A stretch of DNA of 64,000 nt, taken from the NCBI GenBank assembly GCA_951406725.2, contig OX597821.1:88412001-88476000 (forward strand), given 5' to 3'. Of the stretch, positions 26,701-39,675 are shown piece after piece. The notes under the pieces are model-generated. The model did no database searches. It saw nothing but the letters and a program-made list of their open reading frames with translations, and had not been told where the DNA came from. Within the stretch, counting starts at the first letter, position 1. Every line of letters starts with the position of its first letter. This stretch comes from Octopus vulgaris (lineage: Eukaryota). The translations under genes were made by a program, and so were the position numbers.

Positions 26701-27822
26701 TTATTAGAGCGCCGAAATTAGAGAGTCATGGAATTTGAACATCTGCAGTAAGACACCATGTCACACCACATACCGTTATGCAAAACCGATATAATCTTCT
26801 TCTCTACAGTCCTTTGTTTTCATCAACATCTGTACGAAATCATGCCTGTGGAGAAAAAGCAGGTTTTAGCACCTTGTATTAAAATGTACCATCAAAGGGA
26901 GGTTTAATCACATAAAGGCAGTTATGGAAAACGAAAAGCATGTCACTTGTATAAACGAGTGCGTGTGTATGTGTGTTTGTGTGTGTGTGTGTGTGTGTTT
27001 GAATATTTGTGTTTCAATATGCGGGTGCACGTGTGTTTGTGCGTGCATGAAACACACACGCACACAAATGTATATGTATGTAACATATCTGTTTATATAT
27101 GCGTATATATATTTATATTTATACATAAATATATATGTTTGTGAATATATAGTTATAGACACACAAACGCGCATATATACATGCGCACACACACACGCAC
27201 ACGCACTCGCATATGTATGTCTAATGTATATAAATTCCATCGCATACAAACGCAAATTGCATACACAAAGCCTCGAGAGAAAACAAACAAAACAAAAACA
27301 AGTAAACACACAAACAAATAAACTGGAATATTGTAACATGTAATCAATGTACAAACCACAAAATGCATCGAAGAACTGTCTAGCTTTGAAATTTAAAATT
27401 TTGGACTCGTGTGGTTGTATAATTTACCTTAACAATCGGAGACATCGATTTAAAATTAGGAAATTTGAAAGCGGATTAAAGGTAAGAATGAATATTAAGA
27501 TTTCGTTTTCTAATTGCGTGATTCCCTTCATCTTTCGAAATGGCATTGATTCAAATTGTGTGTAAGCTAACAATACAAATGGACGTTCTCCTTGGGGAAT
27601 CGGAGGGAATTAACGAACAATTTAAAAGCGGTTCCCAAAAGGTTTGAGTTAAAATGGCAAGAAAGAAGAATCCTAAATTAATATGGCGAAATAATCCGAC
27701 ATTACGAAAAATCTCAACTATACGTATATGTTTGCGCATGCATGCGAATTATATATGTATGTATGCACATACAAACACACACGCATAAATATATAGTTAT
27801 ACATATATATGCATATGTATAC

Positions 27823-27875
<53 letters not shown>

Positions 27876-28068
27876 CATATACATATATATAAGCATATAC
27901 ATATGTATGCGTATATATTTATGTGTTTATATCATCAATATTTATGTAGCCTAATACACCTCTATAAATGTAGAAATGTGTGCATGTGTATATATCCATA
28001 TGTAATTCCATATGTGTATATATATATGCATTTTCATATATATATATATATGTATATATATATACATG

Positions 28069-28117
<49 letters not shown>

Positions 28118-28820
28118 GTTCATACATATAGTTTTGTATAAACTTGTATATTTGTATATACTCATATATGCAGGCATTTACATGCAAACATACATGCTTA
28201 TACATAACGTTTCCACAGGTACACGCGCACACACCCGCACACACGCGCACATACGCACACATGACGAATACACGCACACACACACACATATGTACACATA
28301 CACACACGCACAGATGCACATACTCGCACACATACGCACAAACACACACACACACACGCACACACACAACGCATTTGTAATTTCTAAATATGAATTATAT
28401 CTATTTGAAGAATTTGTCTCTCCTTTCTTTCTTAATCACTGAAATTCAAGTTGAACGAATAGTGTTATCTATAATGCATTCCTGCTTTTAGAACCATTCA
28501 CATATATAACAACCTAATTCATGCAAACAAATATTAATATTCATATTAATATTCATCAATGCATACAGACACACTCGAAGGTATGTATATATATATATAT
28601 ATATGCATTTATGCATATGTATATATGCATTATGTTAATGGTGAACACCGATGCATTGTTGAACTCTAATGATACAGCGCTACACACTACTATATCTACG
28701 CGTACATACACACGCAGGCAAATGCTTACAGAGGTAGACATGCAAATGTATGCAAATATATATATATGTATGTATGTATGTATATATATATGTGTGTGTG
28801 TATATATGCATATATATAAT

Positions 28821-28855
<35 letters not shown>

Positions 28856-30129
28856 TTATGCATGTATGTATGCTTGTATGTATGCATTTTAATACATGTA
28901 TGTAGGTAAATGGAATAATTGTATAATGAACAGCTCTCTGCATAACTATGAGTACCTTGAAACAGGTCTCTGTGTAAACTTTTCCAGGAATAATCTAATT
29001 AAGTGATAAAGAAAGTTGAGCTGTAATGAAAAGCGACAATAGATGAATTGAAGTGTACTGAAGATAATTTTCCGGAGGTGAAATCCACATGCTTTTCCCA
29101 CTAGAACGAAAGGTACAATAAAACCTGATTGAAAGGTCACTCAAGAATTTGTTCGTTACGAAGTGTCTTTGTCTTTATACGAGTTAGTTTACTGTTTCGA
29201 TTAACCATGATTATCATCCCTGTCTATTTGTTTTTCTATATGCATGTATGTGTGTACGTACGCACATGCATTTCTATGCATGTATGTACGTATGTATGAA
29301 TCATTCTCTTGGTTTTAATCATTAAACATTCTTGCACTGAAGTAGGAGCTGGTAGGTAACAAAGATACAAAGCTCCATCATTGGAATGTAGATACCGCAA
29401 ACAATGTCACATTTTAAACCTGAGAGACGTCTTGCATAGCTTTACTGTGCCGCTTACAGGTTACATTTGTAATGTGCGAGTTAGCCGTTGGTTTTTCTTT
29501 TTCTATAAATCCAAGTTTATTCAGACTGACATAGATTTATTTACAAAACCAGATGTTCCAATTATTATTGGTATAAATGTAAATTTGTAATTTGGATATA
29601 GAAGCTAGAGATTTCGAAGCAGTTGACCATAATTGTCTTCTGTCTCTTTGATACTCAGAGGGATATTCACAGCTATGGGGTGGTATATAATTTTTCTTGT
29701 TTATCCCAAACAACAATGTCCGGCCTGTTAGCCTTACACTTGACAGATACATAGATGGGAATGTTCTACCAGTACTCTTTGTGCTGCTATTTATGTACGT
29801 ATTCAATAACAGGTATTTTTTTTTATTCCAGTATAGTTTTATTCCGATGTATGTATATATTTTTGTTATTCACTTATATTTCAAGTTCTCTTTCCAATAG
29901 CGAAAGTGGCAGTGTCTAACCGAGATCCAATACTCTTGGATATTTGAACAACATCAAATGGTTATTTGTGTATGTTTGTGAAAATGCAAGCAGTATTTCC
30001 CCCTCAGTGCATGTGCAAATTTGCATGTTTTGTTTCATATATGCATGTTCATGCATATATTTGCATGTCTAAACATGCGCATATTGACTGAAAAGTTTTA
30101 CAAATATTTGCATTTTCATTCATGAATTG

Positions 30130-30755
30130 AATCTATAATCTTCGAAATAGCTTTCTCATTTCTGGTTTTGAAAAGCCTAATTTCTAAAGATTGATGCTTA
30201 TACAGTTTGTTACATATTCCAGTGACCTAATAATTGAAAGTATAAACCTGAATTGCAATCCGACTAAAGTAACTGTAAAATTCTCAATAATTCATCGTAG
30301 GTGTTTTCATTTTCAACTACAATACATAGGTTCTTTTCTATTTCCAAATCACCACGTATGGTCTAATATGTTTGCATATTATTGTGGATTTCACTGGGAC
30401 ATTCTACCAGTAATCTTTCATATTATGAATGGCTATAACCTCTACCATATTGTGGGTTCTTATCACTCTGGCCTCAGGATTATCTTTTTGGCGGATTTCA
30501 TTATACAGTGTCTTGACTACAACATCATGTCTCATTGATAGATAATTACGTGATGGCATTTTTAGACAATTGCTGACGATGTGGGTGATATCCTCGGTGT
30601 TAATTTCACAAAGTCAGCATCAGTTTCACATTTTGCTGTTTTTCCTGCGTCTCTTGTCTTTTTTGTGCATCAGATACTGGGCTGCAATTTCCTGTTCCTG
30701 GATTGCAAACGTATACACTTCAAAGTGAGAGTAAGTTATAAGGTTGTTGGTCCAT
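30130..30755 (-). pseudogene. Decayed RLE-type (R4/Dong/NeSL-like) non-LTR retrotransposon C-terminal region
   Basis: SHFEVYTFAIQEQEIAAQYL...C*LC..NTEDITHIVSNCLKM..NYLSMRHDVVVKTLY (CCHC knuckle and RHD motif); in-frame stops. Confidence 0.75.
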
Positions 30756-30787
30756 GCATGTATGTATGTATGTATGTATGTATGTAT

Positions 30788-30818
<31 letters not shown>

Positions 30819-30902
30819 CATGCATGCATGTATGTATGCATGCATGCATGTATGTATGTATGCATGCATGTATGTATGTATGTATGCATGTATGTATGTA
30901 TG

Positions 30903-30936
<34 letters not shown>

Positions 30937-31234
30937 CATGCATGTATGTATGTATGTATGCATGTATGCATGTATGCATGTATGTATGCATGTATATACG
31001 CAGATTTGTATGTTTTGTTTTATGTATGTATTGTCATGCATATAGTTGCATATCTAGACATGCTCATATATATTTTAATGATAAACATCTGGAAAGCTTT
31101 ACAGATTTTTACAGTTCCAGTGATGGAATGTATGTACGTACGTATCTATGTATGTATATATATATATATTATTATTTTCTATGTATGTATGTATCTATCA
31201 ATCAATCAATCAATCAATCAAACAATCAATCTAC

Positions 31235-31349
<115 letters not shown>

Positions 31350-31399
31350 TCGGTCGATCAATAAATCGATCGTTCGATATAACTACATGGTGCAATATG

Positions 31400-32200
31400 G
31401 AAGCTTTGAGTCTTTTTTCAGGTGAAATATTGGGTTTAAAACTCTAGTGCTCCAACTTCAGTGCCCTTATTGTAATGATGCAGCCAATTCGTGAAGGGTC
31501 CCATGTTTGTCCCATGAAAGTCAAGTGTCCAGGCCCTTGTTACAGCCGCCTTCAGCTTCTTAATGTCGGCAAGCCAACAACCTCTGAGGTTCCCATTCAA
31601 CTTGTGGATAAACAAAAATATCAGACCCGCATTGTAGAGAGGATGAGAAAAATATTTGATGCTTATCTCTGTCAAGTTGTTGGTTACTATGAGGTAATTA
31701 TGGACTGGAGTATTGTCCTAGTGCAAAAGCCACCACACGAGTATAAGAGCTTTGGTATTTTTGCAATTAAATTTCTTCCTGAACTCTCTCAAACCCTCCG
31801 CAAAGTACTCTTCGTTGACCGTCTAGCCAGAAGGATACAGAGAATGATCTTGTTGAAAAACTGAATCTCCATGAGCTTCCCGTTGGAAATTATTTGCCTG
31901 GCATCCTTCGGTCTGTAGAAGCCAGGATACTTCGAGCGGGCAATCTATCCCATGGTCTCTGGATTATAACACTAGATTCAGCTTCCGTCTGAGTTAACGA
32001 GAGATTCAAATACTCTTGGATCAGAGCTAATGACCTCAACCACCTCACTGCCGTCAGTAATGGCGTGTTTCCTTCTGTTCGCCACTGAGCAGCCTGGGAA
32101 CAGAATTTGCCCAAATTTTTCTCATGTTCACATCTTCATGAATAATTCTGTGTAGAAGGTGCATTACAAACGAAACAGAAAAGAAAGCAAATGTAAATTT
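31400..32200 (-). mobile_element. Highly decayed mariner-like relic
   Basis: SHPLY...LFIHKL..LRG..ADIKKLKAAVT...F..WL..Y.K resembles the mariner C-terminus. Confidence 0.45.
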
Positions 32201-32280
32201 GTAGTTTTACCACATGTTTTTACATTTCGGTGTTAGGACCACTACTTCAGTATGATTGATAAAACAAGGAATGGAAAGGA

Positions 32281-32671
32281 TGACGCTCGACCTTTATTCT
32301 CTAGATAAACGCCGCCGCCGTGGTGATCTCATCCTTGCTCACAAAATCATAAGCGGAAAGTGTAACCTCTCGAAAGAGCTGTTCTTCACTCCTGCTCCAG
32401 AGCGTCGGCTGCGGGGTCATTCCAAAAGCTCTATCTGCAACGATTTCATCTCAATGGAAGGAGAGGGGCTTTCTCCGTCCGGGTTGCGGATCCGTGGAAT
32501 AAGCTGCCGGACGAGATAGTGAAGATGCCGACGACCGCTCGGTTCAAAGTCTCTCTTGACCACAAGTGGCCCGAACTCTTTACCTGAACACCACCCTGTA
32601 CATAACTCCATGTCCCCCTACATGGCCTTGCTTTTTGCTTTTTGAGCCAAAGAATTAACTAACTAACTAAC
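32281..32671 (+). mobile_element. CR1-clade LINE 3' fragment
   Basis: LYSLDKRRRRGDLILAHKI...LRGH(frameshift)..FSVRVADPWNKLP...; (AACT)n tail. Confidence 0.85.
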
Positions 32672-33309
32672 AAACTACTCAGATGTGTGGGGGGAAGAAG
32701 AAGGAGGAAGAGGAAAATGACATACAGAGACTGGTGTTGCTATAATACAATTTTTATTTCGTTTGTTTTCTTTTCCTTTTGTAGTTTACCTTGTATCTTC
32801 TCGCATTGTTCCAGCCTTACACGATAAATCTCTTTAAAGTAATATATATAGATGTGTATGTGTATGTGCGTGTGTGTGCGCGTATTCTAAATGATTAATA
32901 CGAAATACAGAGTCTACTGGAAGCTTTATTTAGGACAACGATCATTTCGGCTTACTAGTGCAGCGTACCCCACACCCTACCTTTGCTTTCCCCACTCCCG
33001 CATCCCCCACCTCCTAACACCATCACACCACACCACACACCACTACGCCTTACACCACCATACCACACAACACATCACATCACAACAAACCACCACACAC
33101 ACATCAGCACTGACCACTTCCCAGACCCACATCTTCACACCTACACATACACACACGCACACGTCAAGATCACCAGCCGTCTTACACTCGCACATACAAA
33201 CTCTCTTATACTCACGCACGCGCACCTTCGTTTTGTAATCACCCCTACTTTATTACCTGCCCTTCACACTAGCTCTCCTGCGTGACCCTTCTGTTCGGCA
33301 TTTGCATCA

Positions 33310-33487
33310 TAGATAGCTACCCAGTACACATTCTTTATTTTATCTCCTTGTTTCTTTCTGTGTTCCTTTCTGTGGAAGAGCGTAGGCACGAAAAGTTAAA
33401 GACTTTTTCACTTCTCGAGCGTTATACTAATACATCTTTTTGTCTACACCACCTGCGTTCGTCTTTTGAATTTTTTGTGAATTCTGC

Positions 33488-33490
<3 letters not shown>
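33310..33490 (+). mobile_element. Family A PLE-like repeat with decayed HHR-like motif; may extend upstream to about 32890
   Basis: Reverse-complement match to 689-862; CTGTGGA AGAGC GTAG GCAC GAAAAGTT; ends at (TA)n. Confidence 0.65.
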
Positions 33491-33531
<41 letters not shown>

Positions 33532-33804
33532 AGAAGTGTATAATTATGAATAAATCACAATTATAAAGGAGTGGGCTGAAAAATCCCCTTACATGTCTAG
33601 AAACAGCAGTCAAAACAGCTATAAAGCCATTATAAACACTCATATTCTATCTCTTCACAGTAAAGCTGTCAGTGGGCGACATGACATAAAATTCACAACT
33701 TACAAATAAATGTTTATTCTCTATTGTAATTTCGAAATTAGGAACCTAAAAGTTCTACTCTTCTCTTCAAGAGGACATTCCTGTAGATACAAACTGATAC
33801 ACAC

Positions 33805-34732
33805 ACAGAAAAAGAAAAAAACCATGGGGCTTACATGTGTCCCGTCCGGCAGGAATAATGTCTCAACATCTATCTGCACATTAAAATTCTAAATTCCAAC
33901 ATCATGCTCAGCGTTTATGAGAAAAAACCGGTAGATCGAGCCACGGCAACACACCGGATATCAGTGAAAACATTAAATAATTAAAAATAATGTAAAAATA
34001 CGTTGCGAAGGCTATATCATAAACAATTCATAATTATTTATGAATATATCATTGACAAAATATGTAATCATACATTTCATAAAAGTTTTTTTTTTTCTTT
34101 CAGTCATTTGACTGCGGCCATGCTGGAGCACCGCCTTTAGTCGAGCAATTCGACCCTGAGACTTATTCTTTGTAAGCCCAGTACTTATTCTATCGGTCTC
34201 TCTTTTGCCGAACCGCTAAGTGACAGGGACGTAAACACACCATCATCGGTTGACAAGCAATGCTAGGGAGACAAACACAGATACATAAACACACAGATAC
34301 ATATATATATATACATACGACAGGCTTCTTTCAGTTTCCGTCTACCAAATCCACTCACAAGGCATTGGTCAGCCCGGGGCTATAGCAGAAGACACTTGCC
34401 CAAGATGCCACGCAATGGGACTGAACCCGGAACCATGTGGTTGGTTAGTAAGCTACTTACCACACAGCCACTCCTACGCCTATATATTCATAAATAATTA
34501 TGAATTGTTTACGATATATCCTTCGGAAAGTATTTTTACATTCCTTTTTAAGTATCAAATTTTTTCACTCATATCTGGTGTGTTGCCGAGGCTCGATTTT
34601 CATTCACATCCGGTGTGTTGCCGGGGCTCGCTGTGCATGACGTTGGAATTCAGAATTTGAATGTGCAGATAAAGGTTGGCACATTATCCTTGCCGATCGG
34701 GACACATGTAAGCCCAAGGGTATTTTTTTGTG
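33805..34732. mobile_element. Fold-back/MITE-like element with about 240-bp inverted repeats, interrupted centrally by a SINE
   Basis: 33805-34050 is the imperfect reverse complement of 34482-34732 (gggcttacatgtgtcccg / cgggacacatgtaagccc). Confidence 0.75.
34096..34480 (-). mobile_element. SINE family 1
   Basis: Reverse complement of 4993-5381. Confidence 0.9.
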
Positions 34733-36506
34733 CCAATTTCTTCCTTCCTCCATCTTCCCCATCCCCACCGGAGCAATGTATTTTGCATTCCATATATATA
34801 TATATGGCATGATAGAAATATTTCCAAACCTTTGTGTAATACAATGGTTGGATTTGCTGATGTTGTGAGTGGTAGGCTATATATCATATGCTAGTGTTTA
34901 CATACTCATAGAGGAAGGAACTATTCCATTTGGGGTAACATCATTATCCCTAGGTGATCTGGTAGTTCTTTCTGTCTGCTAGGTAAACAATATAATGTAG
35001 AATATTATATTATGCCAGAGCAACCAGGTGTAACTCAAATATTGTCTCAATAGATAGTCGTATAGCTTACGTTCTCTACTTCTAACAGCTAATCCTGTGT
35101 GAAAAGCATGCAATGGACTCTGAGTGTTGCACTGCGTGCTAGTTAATCGATATTCGGTATATGCTGCATGTAAGAACCAGGAAGCGACACTTGGTATTAA
35201 TAGTTTGCTCTAAGAATATATGTGTTTCTATGCCAGTCAATGTACTTCCCTCCATTTTACAAATATGTCAAATATACTGGTGCGTGATATGTTATAAAAG
35301 TAACATTGACGAGTTAATATTCCTATTTTAAAATATAAAATATGGCTTTTCAGACCTCACTTCGTGTTTCATGATATGAGATAGATAAGTGATAAATGTC
35401 TCTTTGGATCGAATAGCCATTTCTGACCTTCTGTAGTGGGCTTCCTTTGCTTCAAGTATATAAGCTTTTTGATGGTAAGATAATAGTTCTCCTTCTCCTA
35501 TTCGGTCCACAGTGCTGTCTATTCTCTTTTCACACTGACATGCAACAAAAATGTAAATACACTTAATTACCCGACAAATACGAAATGACTAAAACTGATC
35601 TCAACTCTATGGACTACAGCGCCAAATCTTAGCCAGCAATTTCGATTTTTCTTTGTATTAGGAATAACTTCATTCATAACTCTTCTCTTAAGCAATTCTA
35701 GTATGTTTGCAGAATGGTGGTGGGTGGGAATTGATGGAGTCTGCAAGTTTGGAACCAATGATCCATTGCATACGCTTACAAGAGTGAAAATAAGCATATA
35801 AACTCTCCAACACAAACACCGACAATAAAACACAAAAGTAAAAAAAAAAAAAAAAATTAAAGCAAAACAAAACCTAAACAAAAGAAAAACTGTAATAACA
35901 AAAGTAAAAAAAATAAAGAAACAATACAACTCCATGAATATCTTGAATTAATCGAAATGATTTTAACCTTATGAATTAGTTCATACGTATATTTTGTTCC
36001 GCTGCCAAATCTTCTTGGGGTGCTACCCTATCTCAACTCTAGAGATATATCACTGTTCAAGACTATCGGCAGAAAGAAGAAAAACCAAGAAAAAAAAAGG
36101 GAAAAATAAGCAAAAACGCTTGGAGACGTTCCAAACACAGTAGACAATCAAAATATTCCTGAATTCTCTTCACAAAATATTCAGTCAATAAACAGATTTA
36201 AAAAGTAAGAAAAAAACATTTTTTTTTTTTGGAAGAGGAAGTAAACAAATGAAAGAAGGCGGGGGAAAAACATAGTATGTCTGTCTGTATATGTATATAT
36301 GCGTAACTACACACATATACATATAGGCACTTATCTACATTCTACATATATATTAATCTAAATGACTGTACTACAGACGTTTAAACTGGAGGGCTTTTTA
36401 AATATGATCATGCACATATATATATACATGTGTGTGTGTATATATATATATATATATGTGTGTGTGTAAATGGATATATATATGCATGTATATACATAAA
36501 TATACA

Positions 36507-36550
<44 letters not shown>

Positions 36551-36637
36551 CGTAGATAGACAGATAGATAAATAGATAGAGAGATAGATATCGACATATA
36601 TTTACGTATATACACACACACACATATATATATGTGT

Positions 36638-36690
<53 letters not shown>

Positions 36691-39493
36691 TACACAAATA
36701 CAAACACGCACATGTGATTTCCAATATTTTTGCACCTAAGATTACTCATGGCCTTAAACCCTGTAACTAATCAGGTACTTGATGAGTTCTGTAACATACC
36801 TTTTGCAATTAGCTACCTGAGAATATTCTGAGAAAGTAAATTATAGAAGTATGTTGTGATACAATAAGAAGTTTTCCCTAGCAGTAACATGAATTTGGTT
36901 ACATAGACTGATCAATCAGTTATTTCGCTACAAAGCAACGTTAATTTAACACAAGAGGAATTCCTAAAAACATTTGACAATATGGTTTGTTATCTTGGGA
37001 ATACGACCACCATTTCTGTAATTCTCTACTGGCCCTCGCCTCGAGCTCATCTCCCTTCCACCGACGTGTCCATATTTTTAACGCCGTTATTCCGTTGCAG
37101 TACTTTAATTATTTGCTTTCATTAATGAATACATACATACATGCATACATACATACATACATACATACATACATACATACATACATACATACATACATAC
37201 ATGTATACGCACACACAGACACACACACAAACTCATTTACTTTCCACTTCTCACTAGTTTTACTCTCTTTCTGTATATATATATCTTTCTCTTCATTTAT
37301 CTATGTGTCAGTTATCAAAAGAAGGTATCCAAAAAATGTTTGCCCATTATGAAGTCTGGACACTTACACGCATGCACGTAAACACGCTTGCATGCACAAA
37401 CACAGAGACACACACACACAGACACAAACACATACACACCGAAAGACAATCACATATATACATATACATAATCAGAACCACAAAATAACCAAGATTTATA
37501 ATTGGATGCCCTATAATCGATCCAGTATTTAGCACAGGTCTAAAATCTATAGCTTTATCAAAGCAATTCATTTCAGTAAAAATTCTATATACTTAATGTA
37601 TTCGAATTCTAACATTTTCGCATCACTGCCTTGTCGCAAGTCTTATTGTAGCTAATCACTAATTCTAGATTCTCAGAGACTAGTACACTGTGAGACATCT
37701 TTTACTTATTTAAACAGAACAAGGTTTTCTTCGATTCATTCAAGACAAAGAGATGAAAAACTTATTTTCCCAGTCTACTTACAGTCGGACTAGCAAGATA
37801 GAGAACAGAATCAATTCTCTGCTATTGGCTTCAAAGCATGATTCAGGTTATATTGATTAGAAATGAAGTGGTGGTGGTTATTTCCACCAAACTGAAACAC
37901 GTATGTTAACTTTATTTGCTTCTGCGCCTCTTCCATGATCCAATAGCACACGGGTGACAAAAATACAAAGCGTTAAAACGATTCACTTATTTGCTTTTTA
38001 TAACCTCCAACTACTCTCGTTCGGTGAGTCTTAACAAGAGGCATATCCGAACCGAACGAATCACAGAACTGACTTCTTTCGCTTCTCGATATCAATTCGA
38101 TATTTTTTCTTACGTGACAAAATATCCAATTGACTTTGAGAATAGATATGAACGTTTTTGTAAGATGCACGATTTAATTGACTTTGTAAACATGAAAATA
38201 TTTATGCACATTCAGATAGACATTTATGTAAAAATTACTCTGATTGACGTTTGTCTATTTTTTTTTCTATTTCAAACCCTTATTCTCAAGCACGTGCTGT
38301 GTAATTCTTATTGTATTATATTATCAAATTTATCGAAGGAGCCTTTTTTGTTCGAATATAGGAAATAGATGTAACTTAGAGGTTACAATCTGAAAAAGAA
38401 AACATCAATGACAGCGCAATTGATTTGATATTGGGAATTTAATATTAAGACATAGAAAGAACATTGAAACTTTCGTGTCAGAATGACATTCTGTTGTTCA
38501 GAACATTTTAAAGCAATGGTGAGTAGCAATCTTTACCAGTTGCCATCTTTAAACACGTGATTAAGGAGGGTGAAATATCCAAGAGATATTATCTTGTCGT
38601 TTTTTGTTTACTAAGTCAACTCTTTGGGAAACGTGGGGTTAATGCATCAAGTTTGACAACAGAAAATTGATGGTCTACCGCAAGAAAAACTGCGAAAATA
38701 AATTGTGTGACAATATGTAAGAATCAATAAATAATAAGAATAAATCTATTTACACATAGAGGGAGCTCGAATGAAACAGAACAATGTAGGAGAAGCTGGG
38801 AACACTTTCTGTTTAAGCAAAGTATAACGGATGTGCTATTGGCCCAATATTGTCTTAATGACATTATTTGAGTACGAAAAAAGCGTTAGCATTCCATGCT
38901 ATCTATCATCTTATGGTTGAGGCTTACAATGAAACCTTCCTTAGGCTGGTTGAACTTTTACCTAATCAGGAACTCGTACATTAAACCTATGTCACGAAGA
39001 TCAAAGAAAGGCAGTGGAAAGAAGAAAGTTTGCAAGCATGTTATTTGTCAGCTGAATCATAAAATGAATATATTCCTCTTTACTACAGTCTCGTTTTGAG
39101 ACACCTAGTCTTTGAAGGATCAAAGGTAAAATGATATTTATATATATACTTGATGCAACTTAAAATTCCACATACGTTGTGTCGAACAAACAACATTTAT
39201 CATTTGTTCTCGCTAAAGGATATATTAGGAGTGTAAGTACCAAGAGATATTTCTGTCTTTTCATTACTGCAGTGTGAAAATAGATTCTGAGATTGCAAAG
39301 GAAACATTGAGTTAAACCACGTATTTTCTTTACAAAATAGCAGGGGTCAACGATATAAAAATGGGACCCTTGTGATAGGTAAGTACATACAAATACAGAG
39401 CATAATACTTTATGAAGACCTTTTTCTTATGTTGTCCCCAATGCGAAACATTGAACATGTCTGTCACAGATCCAGTCAATTGCTATGTTATAG

Positions 39494-39675
39494 CAGCTAC
39501 ACAATGGGGGAATTACAACCGTGTTTCGTGGTCTGCTACCACAACAGTTCCTTTATATGATCCAGTTAGCTCAAGACATCATCAGGAGGAACCACGTCTG
39601 GTTTCGGCCCCTACTCCTCTACCGTTTTGACGTGGCGGGGTCCCCTTTCGGAGGTGTCTTCAGCTCTGGTTTTTG
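39494..39675 (+). CDS. Weak candidate exon
   Basis: GC-rich unique island; tag/cag acceptor and |GTGAGT donor; open frame QLHNGGITTVFRGLLPQQFLYMIQLAQDIIRRNHVWFRPLLLYRFDVAGSPFGGVFSSGF; no homology recognised. Confidence 0.25.

Noticed and set aside
28946-29810. Possible exons
   Set aside because: Ambiguous splice sites, stops in most frames, no recognisable domain
33560-33685. GAAACAGCAGTC next to a TA tract
   Set aside because: No CUGANGA partner in the right position; possibly a PLE fragment but unsupported
39575-39670. CTGAAGA, GAAAC and CTGATGA words on the minus strand suggesting a hammerhead
   Set aside because: Stems I to III cannot be formed consistently and there is no adjacent TA tract
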